A stretch of 32,000 nt of DNA from positions 900,001-932,000 of the forward strand of contig NZ_JAGIOS010000003.1 in NCBI RefSeq assembly GCF_017876815.1, read 5' to 3'. Position 1 is the first letter of the stretch. Each line of letters opens with the position of its first letter. A program made the translations under genes and the position numbers. Below, piece by piece: positions 8,802-19,615 of this stretch. The notes under the pieces are model-generated. The model saw only the letters and a list, made by a program, of their open reading frames with translations. It had not been told where the DNA came from and did not search any database. Source of the DNA: Sinorhizobium meliloti. Its GTDB lineage: Bacteria > Pseudomonadota > Alphaproteobacteria > Rhizobiales > Rhizobiaceae.

Positions 8802-9155
8802 TTACCCTGCCGCCGACGGCGCGGTCACCCGTTGCGCCATGACCCGTCGCCAATCAAGACCTTCGAACAAAGCTTCGTATTGCCCCCTGGAAAGACGCAT
8901 CGTCCCATCCTGCACCTTGGGCCAGGCAAAGCTTCCATGTTCAAGAATTTTGTAGGTTAGCACCATGCCGGTGCCATCCCATACCAGGATTTTCAGACGA
9001 TCACCGCGCTTCGACCGGAAGATCACCGTCACCCCGGAATGCGGGTCGAGCTTCAACTCGGTCTGCATCATCAGAGCCAGCGCCTGATGCCCACAGCGGA
9101 AGTCCACCGGCCGCGTTGCAACCAGGATCGGCAGTCGTTGGCCCGCGACGATCAT
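8802..9155 (-). CDS. tnpB: IS66 Orf2 (TnpB) accessory protein
   Basis: 117 aa. PILVATRPVDFRCGHQALALMMQTELKLDPHSGVTVIFRSKRGDRLKILVWDGTGMVLTYKILE is typical IS66 Orf2. The start overlaps the tnpA stop (ATGA). Confidence 0.9.
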   Translation of the reverse strand: MIVAGQRLPILVATRPVDFRCGHQALALMMQTELKLDPHSGVTVIFRSKRGDRLKILVWDGTGMVLTYKILEHGSFAWPKVQDGTMRLSRGQYEALFEGLDWRRVMAQRVTAPSAAG

Positions 9156-9598
9156 GCCGTCCCTCGAATGGCGCGCACCAGGGCCGCCACACGTTCAACC
9201 GATACATCGCCGGGAACCCGCATCACAACGTCCGGGCCGATCGTGAGCGTCAAGACTGACGAAACCGCCTCCCGCAGTTTCAGCGGCGCCAAAACATTCA
9301 CAGCCTCGCTCGGCTCTGCCGCAATCGCCAAAGGCACAAATGCAGGCTCGGCATCGCCGCTCTCCGATAGGCCCGGCATAGACTCAAAAGGCAGCGCCAA
9401 AATGCCCTCGCGCGCTTGCCGACGCCAGAAGGAAAGCTGGTGCGGAACAACGTCATGACGGCGCGCGACATCAACAACTCGAACACCCGGCTCAAGGCTC
9501 TCCGCGACAATCCGCGCCTTCACATCATCGGGCCAACGCCGGTTTCCGCGGCGCGGCTCGACAACTTCGTAGCGCCCAACAAATCCATCATCTGCCAT
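9152..9598 (-). CDS. tnpA: IS66 Orf1 (TnpA), helix-turn-helix protein
   Basis: RRWPDDVKARIVAESLEPGVRVVDVARRHDVVPHQLSFWRRQAREG is the transposase-8/IS3-like HTH. Start chosen at MADDGF (9598) rather than the ORF-track start at 9634. Confidence 0.85.
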   Translation of the reverse strand: MADDGFVGRYEVVEPRRGNRRWPDDVKARIVAESLEPGVRVVDVARRHDVVPHQLSFWRRQAREGILALPFESMPGLSESGDAEPAFVPLAIAAEPSEAVNVLAPLKLREAVSSVLTLTIGPDVVMRVPGDVSVERVAALVRAIRGTA

Positions 9599-9654
9599 GC
9601 AAATCTCCAGATAGTCCTGGAAACCTTCTCGCACGCCCAGCCAGCCTCAAAATA

Positions 9655-9687
9655 CAGCCTATCCAATGGGGCGGAGACGGCGCTTAC
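9655..9687. repeat. IS66 terminal inverted repeat, right
   Basis: Ends ..GGCGCTTAC at 9687. Its reverse complement is GTAAGCGCC... Confidence 0.75.
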
Positions 9688-9695
9688 GCTAAGGA
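9688..9695. repeat. Right copy of the 8-bp target site duplication GCTAAGGA
   Basis: Identical to 4395-4402. Confidence 0.9.
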
Positions 9696-9804
9696 CCCAC
9701 AATGGACAACCGAGCATCTTGATCGAATGCCATTCGCGAAAGCAGAGGATCAAGAGCACTGGATGAAAGGACTTGAGATGATAGGAATCGCGAAAAGCAA
9801 ATAA
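9688..9804 (+). pseudogene. Displaced native 3' end of cyclase paralog 2 (38 codons plus stop)
   Basis: Reading from the TSD in the cyclase frame gives AKDPQWTTEHLDRMPFAKAEDQEHWMKGLEMIGIAKSK*. The reconstructed protein is 627 aa versus 629 aa for paralog 3, whose tail (..EPGWSDAERRRFINTMRLAGFP..) is similar. Confidence 0.8.
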
Positions 9805-9980
9805 TCCCAGTTCTTGGACCTCAGTAATCTGGAGGCCCATATCGACATTCCATCGATTCGGGCGGCCTGCAAGCCAAGCCGAAGCGATCTCAATTCGCGG
9901 AAGGGGACTCCCGACGCATGCCAGACCTCGGCAACCGGATGAAGCCTCCTTACCGTTGATAGTATAATGAGGGTTTAGGT

Positions 9981-10800
9981 GTGGTCGAAGCGATTTCCCA
10001 AGAGCACTTTTCAGCGCTGAAGCAGACCGTCGTGCTGGCGAACAGGCTCCGGCTCGCGTACGTCGAGATGGGTGATCCTGACGGCGTGCCCATCCTTCTC
10101 CTACACGGGTTTACAGACAGCGCTCGAAGCTGGAGCCTCACCGCGCCTTATCTCGCCACGGGCTTTCGCGTCATAGCGCCGGACCTGCGGGGCCACGGGC
10201 ATTCGGACCAGCCTGAGGGCTGCTCCACTATTCCCGAGATGGCGAATGATGTCCGGTTCCTGATAGAGGCTCTGGACCTTGCGCCGACGCACGTGGTCGG
10301 CCATTCGCTTGGGGGGCGGCTTGCGCAGGCGATCGCCGAGCGATGGCCTCATCTCGTCCGAAAAATCGTTCTTATATCGACCTCCGCCGCGCTGCGCGAA
10401 CGTCGGGGGTGGTTGTGGGAAAACATCCGGATGCTCCGCGATCCGATCGATCCAGAAAGCGGATTCATCCGGGAATGGTGTTCTGGCGCAGTACCGATCG
10501 ACGAGAATTTTCTAGACCATGCGCGCCGTGAAAGAGCCGCGGTGCCGTCACGAATCTGGCATTCGATCTATTATGAGCAGCTTGCCTATGATCCGTCGCC
10601 GCTCTTGCAGGATATCTCCGCGGCGCCCTCATCCTGCGGGAAAGGAGGACATGATCGCGACTGAGGAGCATCAGATCCAGATGAAAGATGCGATCGTCGG
10701 CGCGAAGTTCATTTCTCTTTCCGACCACGGCCACAACATCCATTGGGAAGCCCCCGAAAGGGTGGCCCATTTGATCTTGACGTTTCTGGAGCGTCCGTGA
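9981..10800 (+). pseudogene. Alpha/beta hydrolase fold protein, frameshifted near 10620-10650
   Basis: GTG start with GAGGG 6 nt upstream. The motifs HGFTDS..GHGHSD and the nucleophile elbow GHSLGG are present. Frame 1 ends ..LLQDISAAPSSCGKGGHDRD* at 10664. The expected C-terminus GKEDMIATEEHQIQMKDAIVGAKFISLSDHGHNIHWEAPERVAHLILTFLERP* continues in the frame of ORF 10519-10800. Confidence 0.8.
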
Positions 10801-11106
10801 CCGCTTCTGGCGCTTCTTCGTATTCAGATCGACGGTGGCAACGTGAACTTTCCACCCATTTGCGACGGATGGGAACCGGACAAATCGACCCGTTGCTGTC
10901 ATTGCCCAAGGCACGCTCCAATGTCTGGTGAAGCCGAAAGTGCGACATTGAAGTGCTAAGAGACTCGCCGTGACCATCTGCCACGCTTGTTGAAGCAGTC
11001 CGCCCTTACCGATGCGCAAGTGAGATCGTGTAGGTGCGATGGTCGGGCCAGTCATTTCATTTTGATGCGACCAATCCTATAATGCGCCGGGGAAGGGGCA
11101 ATCCCG

Positions 11107-12996
11107 ATGGAACGCAAGCTTTGTGCTATCCTCGCCGCCGACGTCGTGGGCTATTCCGCCCTGATGGAGCGCGACGAGGCCGGGACATTCGAGCGTCTTC
11201 ATACCGGACGCAAGGAGCTGTTTGAGCCCGAAATTGCCCGCCACCACGGCAAGGTTTTCAAGCTTATGGGCGACGGGCTGCTCGCCGAATTCGGCAGCGT
11301 CGTTGACGCCGTGGAATGCGCGGTCTCGCTACAGCGCGGGCTAACGGAGCGGAACGCCGCCGTTCCCCATGATCAGCGGATACGGGTCAGGATCGGCATC
11401 AATCTCGGCGAGGTGATTGTCGAGAGGGAAGACCGGTATGGCGAAGGCGTCAATGTCGCGGCCAGGCTTCAACAATTGGCGGAGCCGGGTGGCATCTGTG
11501 TCTCGGGAAAGGTAGCCCGGGAGGTCGAGAAGAAGCTGGCCTTCGGTTTCGAGCCAATGGGCGAACAGAAGGTGAAGAACATCATCGAACCAGTGCAAGC
11601 GTTCCGCATCATCATCGAACGGCAAGCCAGACGCCGACCGGTGATACGGTTTCAACGGTATTGGGTTGGGACAGGAACAGCGGTGCTAGCCCTTCTTCTT
11701 GTTTTGGCAGGCGCAGCCTGGCAGTTTTGGCCGACGGCCACGGTGAGCGGTAAGCCTTCTGTAGCGGTGTTGCCGTTCGACAACTATGGCGGCGACGAGG
11801 CAACCGGACGCCTCGCTGACGGCCTCACCGAAGACATCATCACCGATCTGGCGCGGTTTCCGGAATTTAAGGTCATCGCCCGAAACTCGACCGAGACTTA
11901 CAAGGGAAAGGCGATAGATGTCCGCGAGATCGGCAAGGCGCTCGATGTCGGCTTTGTGGTTGAGGGCTCGATCGCGCGCGAAGCTGACCGCGTACGCGTC
12001 ACTGCGCAGCTCATCGACTCGAAGCAAGGCCGCCACCTTTGGTCGCAGCGTTGGGATCGGCCGGACAAAGAGGTATTCGTCATTCAGGCCGAGATCGCCG
12101 AGCAGATCGCGAACCGTCTTGGAGGCGGCGCCGGGCTGGTCCAGGAGAGCGGCCGGATCGCGGCCCATCGCAAGGTGCCCGGCAATCTTAACGCCTATGA
12201 GCTCTATCTCCTCGGCACCGAAAGGCTGGAGCAGTTAGACCAGGCGAATCTCGAGGCGGCACTCTCGCTCCTCACTCAAGCGGTTCAGTCCGACCCCGGA
12301 CTCGCCCGCGGCTGGGTCGAGCTCTTCCACACGCACGACCTGCTCGCCGGTCTCGGGATTGAGCCGGAGCGGAATCGGGCCCTGGCTGATGCGGCCGCGG
12401 AGCGCGCGCTTACGCTCGACCCAAGCGATCCGGAGGCGCACGCTGTCTACGGCAGCAGTCTCGGCATGCGTGGCGACTTCGCAAGGGCGGAGGCCGAGTA
12501 TGAAGCGGCCCTGCGCATGGCGCCAAACGCCGCCGAAATCCTGATCTTTTATATCGGCTGGGCGTCTACCTTCGGGAAGCCCGAGCGCGGCGCCGATCTA
12601 GTCGAGCGGGCGATCCAGCTCGACCCGAACTACCCCGGCTGGGCCAACAGGCCCTTCGGCCTTGCCTATTTCATGGCCGGGCGCTACCCCGAGGCGGTAA
12701 CGATGTTCGAACGGCTGGGGATCGAGCGGCACAACCGCTGGAGTTGGGCGGCGCACGCAGGGGCGCTGGCCGCAGCGGAGCGGCGGACGGAGGCGGCAGC
12801 GCTCGTCGCACGGGCGATGGCGGCGCATCCCGATCTCAGCATCGAGTTGATAGCGAACGAACCCGGTTGGAGTGACGCCGAGCGTCGTCGCTTCATCAAT
12901 ACGATGCGACTTGCCGGCTTTCCCGCCTGCACCAAACCCGAGGTTCTTGCAAAGATTGAAAAACCGTTGAGGCTTCCTGAATGCGCGTCCCTTTGA
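11107..12996 (+). CDS. Class III adenylate cyclase-TPR protein, paralog 3 (intact, 629 aa)
   Basis: MERKLCAILAADVVGYSALMERDE..MGDGLLAEF..VRIGINLGEVIV..GEGVNVAARL. A TM segment, a TolB-like segment (SVAVLPFDNYGGDE..) and TPR-like repeats follow. The architecture is colinear with paralogs 1 and 2. Confidence 0.9.
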   Translation: MERKLCAILAADVVGYSALMERDEAGTFERLHTGRKELFEPEIARHHGKVFKLMGDGLLAEFGSVVDAVECAVSLQRGLTERNAAVPHDQRIRVRIGINLGEVIVEREDRYGEGVNVAARLQQLAEPGGICVSGKVAREVEKKLAFGFEPMGEQKVKNIIEPVQAFRIIIERQARRRPVIRFQRYWVGTGTAVLALLLVLAGAAWQFWPTATVSGKPSVAVLPFDNYGGDEATGRLADGLTEDIITDLARFPEFKVIARNSTETYKGKAIDVREIGKALDVGFVVEGSIAREADRVRVTAQLIDSKQGRHLWSQRWDRPDKEVFVIQAEIAEQIANRLGGGAGLVQESGRIAAHRKVPGNLNAYELYLLGTERLEQLDQANLEAALSLLTQAVQSDPGLARGWVELFHTHDLLAGLGIEPERNRALADAAAERALTLDPSDPEAHAVYGSSLGMRGDFARAEAEYEAALRMAPNAAEILIFYIGWASTFGKPERGADLVERAIQLDPNYPGWANRPFGLAYFMAGRYPEAVTMFERLGIERHNRWSWAAHAGALAAAERRTEAAALVARAMAAHPDLSIELIANEPGWSDAERRRFINTMRLAGFPACTKPEVLAKIEKPLRLPECASL

Positions 12997-13111
12997 TCTT
13001 CGAGCGACATAATAACTCGCGGTCGTCCTACATAAACGCGAGGCGCAACTTCAAGACGGCCTGACAAACAGGCCTGCCGTGCCGCAGAAGTGTCGCGGCA
13101 GCCGTTGTCAC

Positions 13112-13534
13112 TCAAACGCTGAGTTCCACCATTGCCACAAACTGGTCAAGCGCTTCCGGATTTGCCAGCGCTTCCTTGTTGACAACAGGGCGACCGTGGT
13201 CAACGTCGCGAACCGCCAGTTCGACAATCTTTCCAGACTTCGTCCTTGGAATATCGGACACCTGGACGATCTTTGTCGGCACGTGGCGCGGCGAGGCTCC
13301 CGTTCTAATCTTCGCCTTGATCTTGGCCTGAAGCTCCTCTGTGAGGTCAAAGCCATCGCGGAGCAGCACGAACAGTATGACGCGTATGTCATCGTCCCAA
13401 TCCTGGCCGATACACAGGGATTCGGCGACCTCATGCAACTGCTCGACCTGACTGTAGATTTCGGCCGTGCCGATCCTCACGCCGCCCGGATTCAAGGTCG
13501 CATCCGATCGTCCATGGATGACAATTCCGCCATG
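13112..13534 (-). pseudogene. Acetoacetyl-CoA synthetase, C-terminal fragment only (~140 of ~650 aa)
   Basis: [99 protein letters not shown] matches the AACS C-terminal domain as I recall it. The 45 residues upstream in ORF 13112-13669 are unrelated. Confidence 0.8.
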
Positions 13535-13822
13535 CTGGCTAACATCAAATACGGGCTCGGCGACCTGGTCAATTCGCGCGCTTTCATCGCTGTATGAAGA
13601 TCGAAATTCTAAATATGAAGTCGTCTCAAAGAGTGAATTGATACTCAGCCCACGCAGCGAACTCCTCAAGCCGCTCCAATGCCCTTGCCGCGTCCTTGCG
13701 AGTCTTTGCCCGAGCCGTATTGCACTTCGAGGAGGGTTCGCAAGTTTGACTCCTGCTTTGCAGGCAATGCTTTCCTCAATGCCGCTTTTAGTAGCTTGAT
13801 GACGGCCTGATGATCGCCCTGA

Positions 13823-14302
13823 TTAATCTCGCGGCGGAACTTGGCCTACGAACTCCTCATCAGTGACGAGCTTGCCCCATTCGACGTTCTTGCCCTCCTT
13901 CATGTAGGAAATCGCGATGTGGCCCATGCCGGTCTTGTTGGTTGCCCCATGCCAGTGATTGACGCCTACCGGAATCCAGACGACATCGCCGGAGTTGATC
14001 TCCCGCTTTTCGCCGCCTTCCTGCTGCACCCATCCCTTGCCAGAGGTGACGATCAGCATCTGGCCGGCGGGATGCGTGTGCCAGGCGGTCCGAGCCCCCG
14101 GTGCGAAGGTTACATGGCCGCCGGTGCCGTGCGTGAACTCGTTCGCCGGAAACAGCGAGTCGACGACGACATGCCCACTGAACAGCTTGGCGTCGCCTAG
14201 CGCGGATGGCGCTGATGCATTCGGTGTGATCTCGATCGTCTGTGCACGAGCAATTGCGGTCGACAGGATGACAAGCGATGCGGCTGCGATCAGTTTCTTC
14301 AT
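13823..14302 (-). CDS. Exported cupin-domain protein (mandelonitrile-lyase-like cupin family)
   Basis: Signal peptide [22 protein letters not shown]. Cupin motifs are [22 protein letters not shown] and [16 protein letters not shown]. Confidence 0.85.
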   Translation of the reverse strand: MKKLIAAASLVILSTAIARAQTIEITPNASAPSALGDAKLFSGHVVVDSLFPANEFTHGTGGHVTFAPGARTAWHTHPAGQMLIVTSGKGWVQQEGGEKREINSGDVVWIPVGVNHWHGATNKTGMGHIAISYMKEGKNVEWGKLVTDEEFVGQVPPRD

Positions 14303-14385
14303 CTCGTTTCCTTTCTGGAGCTTAATAGTCCATGATGGTCAAACACCTCGGGATTGCCGAAGTCTCAGGCTGAGCGCAGCGGCCG

Positions 14386-15456
14386 TCAGTTCTGCGCGGA
14401 TAGTCTGACCAGTCGGTCCTTCGAAGGTCCTTGTCCTCGTGGTGATCGATTGGTGGTGATGAGCAGGAGATCGTCGCCGACTGGAAGCACATGCCGGACA
14501 CGCTCACCCAGACTGACGACGGGCTGGAGCGTTCGGGCTTGCCGATCGAGCACATAAAGTCCGCGCCCCTGGAGGGCCGTTACCAGGAGTTCGTTGCCGG
14601 CGAACGCTATTCCCGACGGCGCCCAGGTGTCGCCGCCCGAATGGACGAACGGCGGCTGCATACCCTCCTGGGTTTCATCGCCCGAGATGATCGGCCAGCC
14701 GTAATTGGCGCCGGGCGCAATCAGATTGATCTCATCGAGAGCGGCCTGACCGTGTTCGGAGACGAACAGCTCACCCTCAGCATTCCATGCCAGACCTTGC
14801 GGATTGCGATGGCCAAAGGAATACACGAACGAGCCCTGAAACGGATTGTCTTCGGGAACGCCACCGGCAAGCGTCAGGCGGAGAACTTTTCCGGCGAGAC
14901 TTTGGAGATCCTGCGGGCGCTCGTAATTTTCGGTCCACCCCGTCGTGACATAGAGATGGTCGTCAGGACCGATGGCGATGCGGCCGCCATTGTATAGTCG
15001 ATGACCAGGGATGGCATCGACGAGCACAGCGGTTTCACGCCAGGTGTTCCCATCAAATCTGGCGGCAACGACCCGGTTGGCTGATTCCGAGCCGGATGAA
15101 TAGGAATAATAGAAGAATGCCCGACCGCTATCGGCGAAGTCCGGCGCAAGCGCGATGCCAAGCAGCCCCGCACCGCCTTCGGTTCTCAGCGGATCGGATG
15201 TTTGGAGGGTGGACCGCTGAACGTTCCCGCCCTCGATAATCACGACGGTACCAGCTTTTTCGGTGAGGATCAGCCGTCCGCCGTCGCGAACAATGTCCCA
15301 AGGGTAGTCAAGGCCGTCGGCCAGGACGCTGGAGCTCCATGCACCCTCACCACGGTCCAGGATAGGTGTGGAGGCATCCTGCGCCATCGATGTGCCAGAT
15401 AGACAGCATCCCCCCACTAAGATCGACAGTGTGGTGCAAATCAGTCGCTTCCTCAT
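14386..15456 (-). CDS. PQQ-dependent soluble sugar (aldose/sorbosone) dehydrogenase, exported, possibly a lipoprotein
   Basis: Start taken at [17 protein letters not shown] (lipobox-like). Beta-propeller motifs present are [39 protein letters not shown] and NYGWP. Confidence 0.85.
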   Translation of the reverse strand: MRKRLICTTLSILVGGCCLSGTSMAQDASTPILDRGEGAWSSSVLADGLDYPWDIVRDGGRLILTEKAGTVVIIEGGNVQRSTLQTSDPLRTEGGAGLLGIALAPDFADSGRAFFYYSYSSGSESANRVVAARFDGNTWRETAVLVDAIPGHRLYNGGRIAIGPDDHLYVTTGWTENYERPQDLQSLAGKVLRLTLAGGVPEDNPFQGSFVYSFGHRNPQGLAWNAEGELFVSEHGQAALDEINLIAPGANYGWPIISGDETQEGMQPPFVHSGGDTWAPSGIAFAGNELLVTALQGRGLYVLDRQARTLQPVVSLGERVRHVLPVGDDLLLITTNRSPRGQGPSKDRLVRLSAQN

Positions 15457-15554
15457 GCCTGTCCTTCTCTTCTCCGGCAAAATGGGCATGCGTAACCCTT
15501 TCCCCGCCAAGCAAGCGTGAGGCGGTAGAGCGGTTTCCTCGGGTGCGTCGCCCG

Positions 15555-16929
<1,375 letters not shown>

Positions 16930-17009
16930 TGGAAGCACTCCTGATCATGGGCACAGCAGCGCCTTGCAGCGCGCCGGGGAAGAAGATCCTTCGAGCATCG
17001 GGCATGGCA

Positions 17010-17081
17010 TCACGCTGCATACTGCTCGTCTGACACATGCTCGAGCCAGTCCACGACCTTGCCATCCTTGTCGCCGCCAGA
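17010..17081 (-). pseudogene. 23-codon relic of a second cupin gene (C-terminus only)
   Basis: Directly after the CMD stop the sequence reads SGGDKDGKVVDWLEHVSDEQYAA*. VDWLEHVSDEQY parallels [12 protein letters not shown] at the C-terminus of the in-window cupin (13823-14302). Confidence 0.45.
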
Positions 17082-17861
17082 TTAGCCGCGCCGCTTTTCA
17101 AAGACGGCCTTCGCCACCGGCAACGCCGACATCGCGTTGGGCCAGCCTGCGTAGAAAGCCAGATGCGTGATGACTTCGGCGGCCTGTTCTTCGCTCAGCC
17201 CATTGTCCAGGGCTTTGTTCAGGTGGAAGGTGATCTGTTCGACCTGGCCAACTGAGATCAGTGCAGCGATTGTCACAAGGCTGCGATCGCGCGGCGCCAG
17301 GTCGGGGCGCAGCCATAGGTCACGGAAGAGATAGTCCGTCGTGTACTGAACGAGGCCGGGGGCAACGCTGCCGAACTGGTTGCCGACAGTGGTTGCGCGT
17401 TGTGCTTCCGCCTCTTCGTCCAGCGGCAACGGCGTGGATTCGACGGCGGCGAGCTGATCCTGACCGATGCCGCGCTTGGCGAAGGCTTCACTCACCGGAC
17501 CGACCGTGGCCATGGCTTTTCCCCAACCCGAATAATACGCCAGATGCGTGATCGTCTCCGAGATCTCGGAAGGCTTCACTCCGTTCTCAAGCGCTTGATC
17601 GGCGTAGTAGGTGAGAGCCGGGGCTTCTCCCCGCGCAATCAGCGCGGCGATCGTGACAAGGCTGCGATCGCGCCGATTGAGGCCGGGGCGCTGCCAGACG
17701 TCGCCATAGAGGCGTTGTTGCGTGTACTGCTCGAGGGCGGGCGCCACCGATCGAACCTGATCGGGCGAGAAACGGCGACCTTCAACATTGGGCTGTTGAG
17801 CCCCTGCATTCGAGGTGGTCATCATCATGACTCCCATGAGAGGTGCGATTAGGCGTTTCAT
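17082..17861 (-). CDS. Exported tandem carboxymuconolactone decarboxylase (CMD/AhpD-like) family protein
   Basis: Signal peptide MKRLIAPLMGVMMMTTSNAGA-QQ. It has two CMD repeats: ..WQRPGLNRRDRSLVTIAALIARG..ITHLAYYSGWGKA and ..WLRPDLAPRDRSLVTIAALISVG..ITHLAFYAGWPNA. Confidence 0.85.
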   Translation of the reverse strand: MKRLIAPLMGVMMMTTSNAGAQQPNVEGRRFSPDQVRSVAPALEQYTQQRLYGDVWQRPGLNRRDRSLVTIAALIARGEAPALTYYADQALENGVKPSEISETITHLAYYSGWGKAMATVGPVSEAFAKRGIGQDQLAAVESTPLPLDEEAEAQRATTVGNQFGSVAPGLVQYTTDYLFRDLWLRPDLAPRDRSLVTIAALISVGQVEQITFHLNKALDNGLSEEQAAEVITHLAFYAGWPNAMSALPVAKAVFEKRRG

Positions 17862-17882
17862 CTGGGTCTCCGTTTCACCCGC

Positions 17883-18275
17883 TCAACGCAGCTTGGCGCT
17901 TAGCTGGAAGTTGTCAGTCTCGAGAAGCTTGCGGGACGTGATCATGTCCTTGGTGGTCTCGACGTATTTCCTAAAATGCGGAGATTCCCGGTGGGACTCG
18001 TAGGCGGCCTGATCGGCATACATCTCGAAGAATCTGAGATGGTGGGGCTGGCCCTTGATCGACACCGCATAGAGCGCCAGGACGCCCGGCTCGACGCGCA
18101 TGGATTCCTCCATCTCCTCTTTCACGGCAGCCGAGTAGGCGGCCATCTGGGCCGGGTCGATTTCTAGTTCCGCGATCCGGATCACGGGACCCTTCGCCTC
18201 CTGTGCGACGACCTGTTGGACGGGAAGCGGAGCGATGATCGAAGCAGCGATGATGAGAAGCCTTTTCAAACCCAT
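17883..18275 (-). CDS. Exported ABM-domain (putative quinol/antibiotic-biosynthesis) monooxygenase
   Basis: Start taken at MGLKRLLIIAASIIAPLPVQQVVA-QE. The ABM-like core is VIRIAELEIDPAQMAAYSAAVKEEME..YADQAAYESHRESPHFRKY. Confidence 0.75.
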   Translation of the reverse strand: MGLKRLLIIAASIIAPLPVQQVVAQEAKGPVIRIAELEIDPAQMAAYSAAVKEEMEESMRVEPGVLALYAVSIKGQPHHLRFFEMYADQAAYESHRESPHFRKYVETTKDMITSRKLLETDNFQLSAKLR

Positions 18276-18398
18276 GACACGGCTCCAAATTGTTTGGTTT
18301 GCAAAGACGCCAGAGCTCCTTGCGAGGGAAATATAGACTTCACCGTTTGTTTCGATTAGACGCCAATATGAGATTGTACTTATATCGAGGATCAATAA

Positions 18399-19286
18399 AT
18401 GCAGCGGGAAGAACTCGGAGACCTGCTGGCCTTTCTCGCCGTTGCCGAGGAGGAGAGTTTCACGAAGGCTGCGGCCCGGCTTGGCACGTCGCAGTCTTCG
18501 CTCAGTCTGATTATCAAGCGTCTGGAGGCACGGCTCGGCGTTCGCCTGCTAACCCGAACGACACGAAGCGTTGCCCCGACCGAAGCGGGAGAACAGCTAT
18601 TTTCCACCCTCGCTCCAGCGTTCGGCACCATCGAAGCCCAGTTGTCGGCGCTGAGCGAGTTCAGAGACAAGCCGGCGGGGAACTTCCGGATCACTGCGGG
18701 CCAGCATTCGATCGACACGATCCTTTGGCCTAAACTATCCGCATTCCTCCTCGCTTATCCCGATATCAAGGTCGAGCTCGTCGCCGAGTCGGCGCTGACG
18801 GACATCGTGGCCGAGCGGTTCGATGCCGGAGTCCGGCTGGGCGACCAAGTCGAGAAGGATATGATCGCGGTCCGTATCGGGCCGCCGGCGCGTATGATCG
18901 TCGTTGGAGCCCCTTCGTGCTTGAGGGATCGGCCGCCACCGAAGACGCCGCAGGAACTGACGACGCACCGCTGCATCAACCTGCGCCTGCCTAGCTATGG
19001 TGGATTCTATGCGTGGGAATTCGAACGCGACGGACACGAGGTCCGGGTCAGGGTCGACGGTCAGGTGGCGTTCAACGGCGTGCCGCAGATCGTGAAAGCC
19101 GCCCTGGACGGATTCGGCCTCACCTACGTTCACGAGGACGTCGTTCGGGAGTATCTCAAGAACGGACGGCTTGTGCAGGTCCTAGACGACTGGACGCCGC
19201 CGTTTCCCGGATATCATCTCTACTATCCCTCGCGCCGGCACCCCTCGCCCGCGTTCACCTTGCTGGTGGAGGCCTTGAAAGAGTGA
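18399..19286 (+). CDS. LysR-family transcriptional regulator, divergent from the 18275-13823 operon
   Basis: The N-terminal wHTH reads LLAFLAVAEEESFTKAAARLGTSQSSLSLIIKRLEARLGVRLLTRTTR. A LysR substrate-binding domain follows. Confidence 0.9.
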   Translation: MQREELGDLLAFLAVAEEESFTKAAARLGTSQSSLSLIIKRLEARLGVRLLTRTTRSVAPTEAGEQLFSTLAPAFGTIEAQLSALSEFRDKPAGNFRITAGQHSIDTILWPKLSAFLLAYPDIKVELVAESALTDIVAERFDAGVRLGDQVEKDMIAVRIGPPARMIVVGAPSCLRDRPPPKTPQELTTHRCINLRLPSYGGFYAWEFERDGHEVRVRVDGQVAFNGVPQIVKAALDGFGLTYVHEDVVREYLKNGRLVQVLDDWTPPFPGYHLYYPSRRHPSPAFTLLVEALKE

Positions 19287-19519
19287 TCGCTCGGCAAAAA
19301 GACCAGAAGCGCTCACCCAAAGGCGACGTAGTGGCAACACCGTCAAAGCACGGTCGCTGTCAGCTGACAACTCGCGGTGCTACTGGAGCATCGGCCGCGA
19401 GATCTCGGCACGCCGGATCACCGAGGATGGCGCCCGCGCCATCGATCGGCCCGCCCACCAATCTTCAGCGCGATTTTCCCGAGACAGGGATTTTGCCACG
19501 GATATGGCCCTAGGTGTTG

Positions 19520-19538
19520 GTGCAACAAGTTGTTGCAC
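19520..19538. promoter_or_regulatory. Perfect 19-bp palindrome GTGCAACAA-G-TTGTTGCAC, candidate operator
   Basis: Read directly. It is intergenic, 234 nt after the lysR stop and 78 nt before repeat R1a. Confidence 0.35.
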
Positions 19539-19615
19539 GATCCGTTCACGCCTCAGCAAAGGCGCATATATATTTGAGGTTCCACAGAGGACTGCCAGCG
19601 TTCGTTGTTCCAGGC

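Larger units (their letters stand above)
4403..9687 (-). mobile_element. IS66-family insertion sequence (tnpA-tnpB-tnpC), 5285 bp including a 2587-bp secondary insertion, 2698 bp without it
   Basis: Ends GTATGCGGCGTCCACGCCCC.. (4403) and, reverse-complemented, GTAAGCGCCGTCTCCGCCCC.. (9687), which is the canonical GTAAGCG-type IS66 terminus. It has an 8-bp TSD and three ORFs in the IS66 order. The size fits the family. Confidence 0.9.

Noticed and set aside
10465-11055. 196-aa minus-strand ORF.
   Set aside because: It is antisense to the alpha/beta hydrolase pseudogene, has no recognisable domain, and has Arg/Thr/Pro-rich composition typical of the wrong frame in GC-rich DNA.
1-12996. The cyclase genes as a nucleotide-signalling antiphage system (Pycsar/CBASS-like).
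   Set aside because: Each cyclase is a self-contained ~627-aa membrane/TPR protein of the common rhizobial type. There is no adjacent effector (TIR, TM or nuclease) and no operon partner. The neighbours are mobile DNA and pseudogenes.
13626-13700. Minus-strand peptide ..[24 protein letters not shown] looks like a genuine protein C-terminus just upstream of the AACS fragment.
   Set aside because: Only about 25 codons look protein-like and upstream residues are noise. There is no start and no family recognised. It cannot be supported as a feature.
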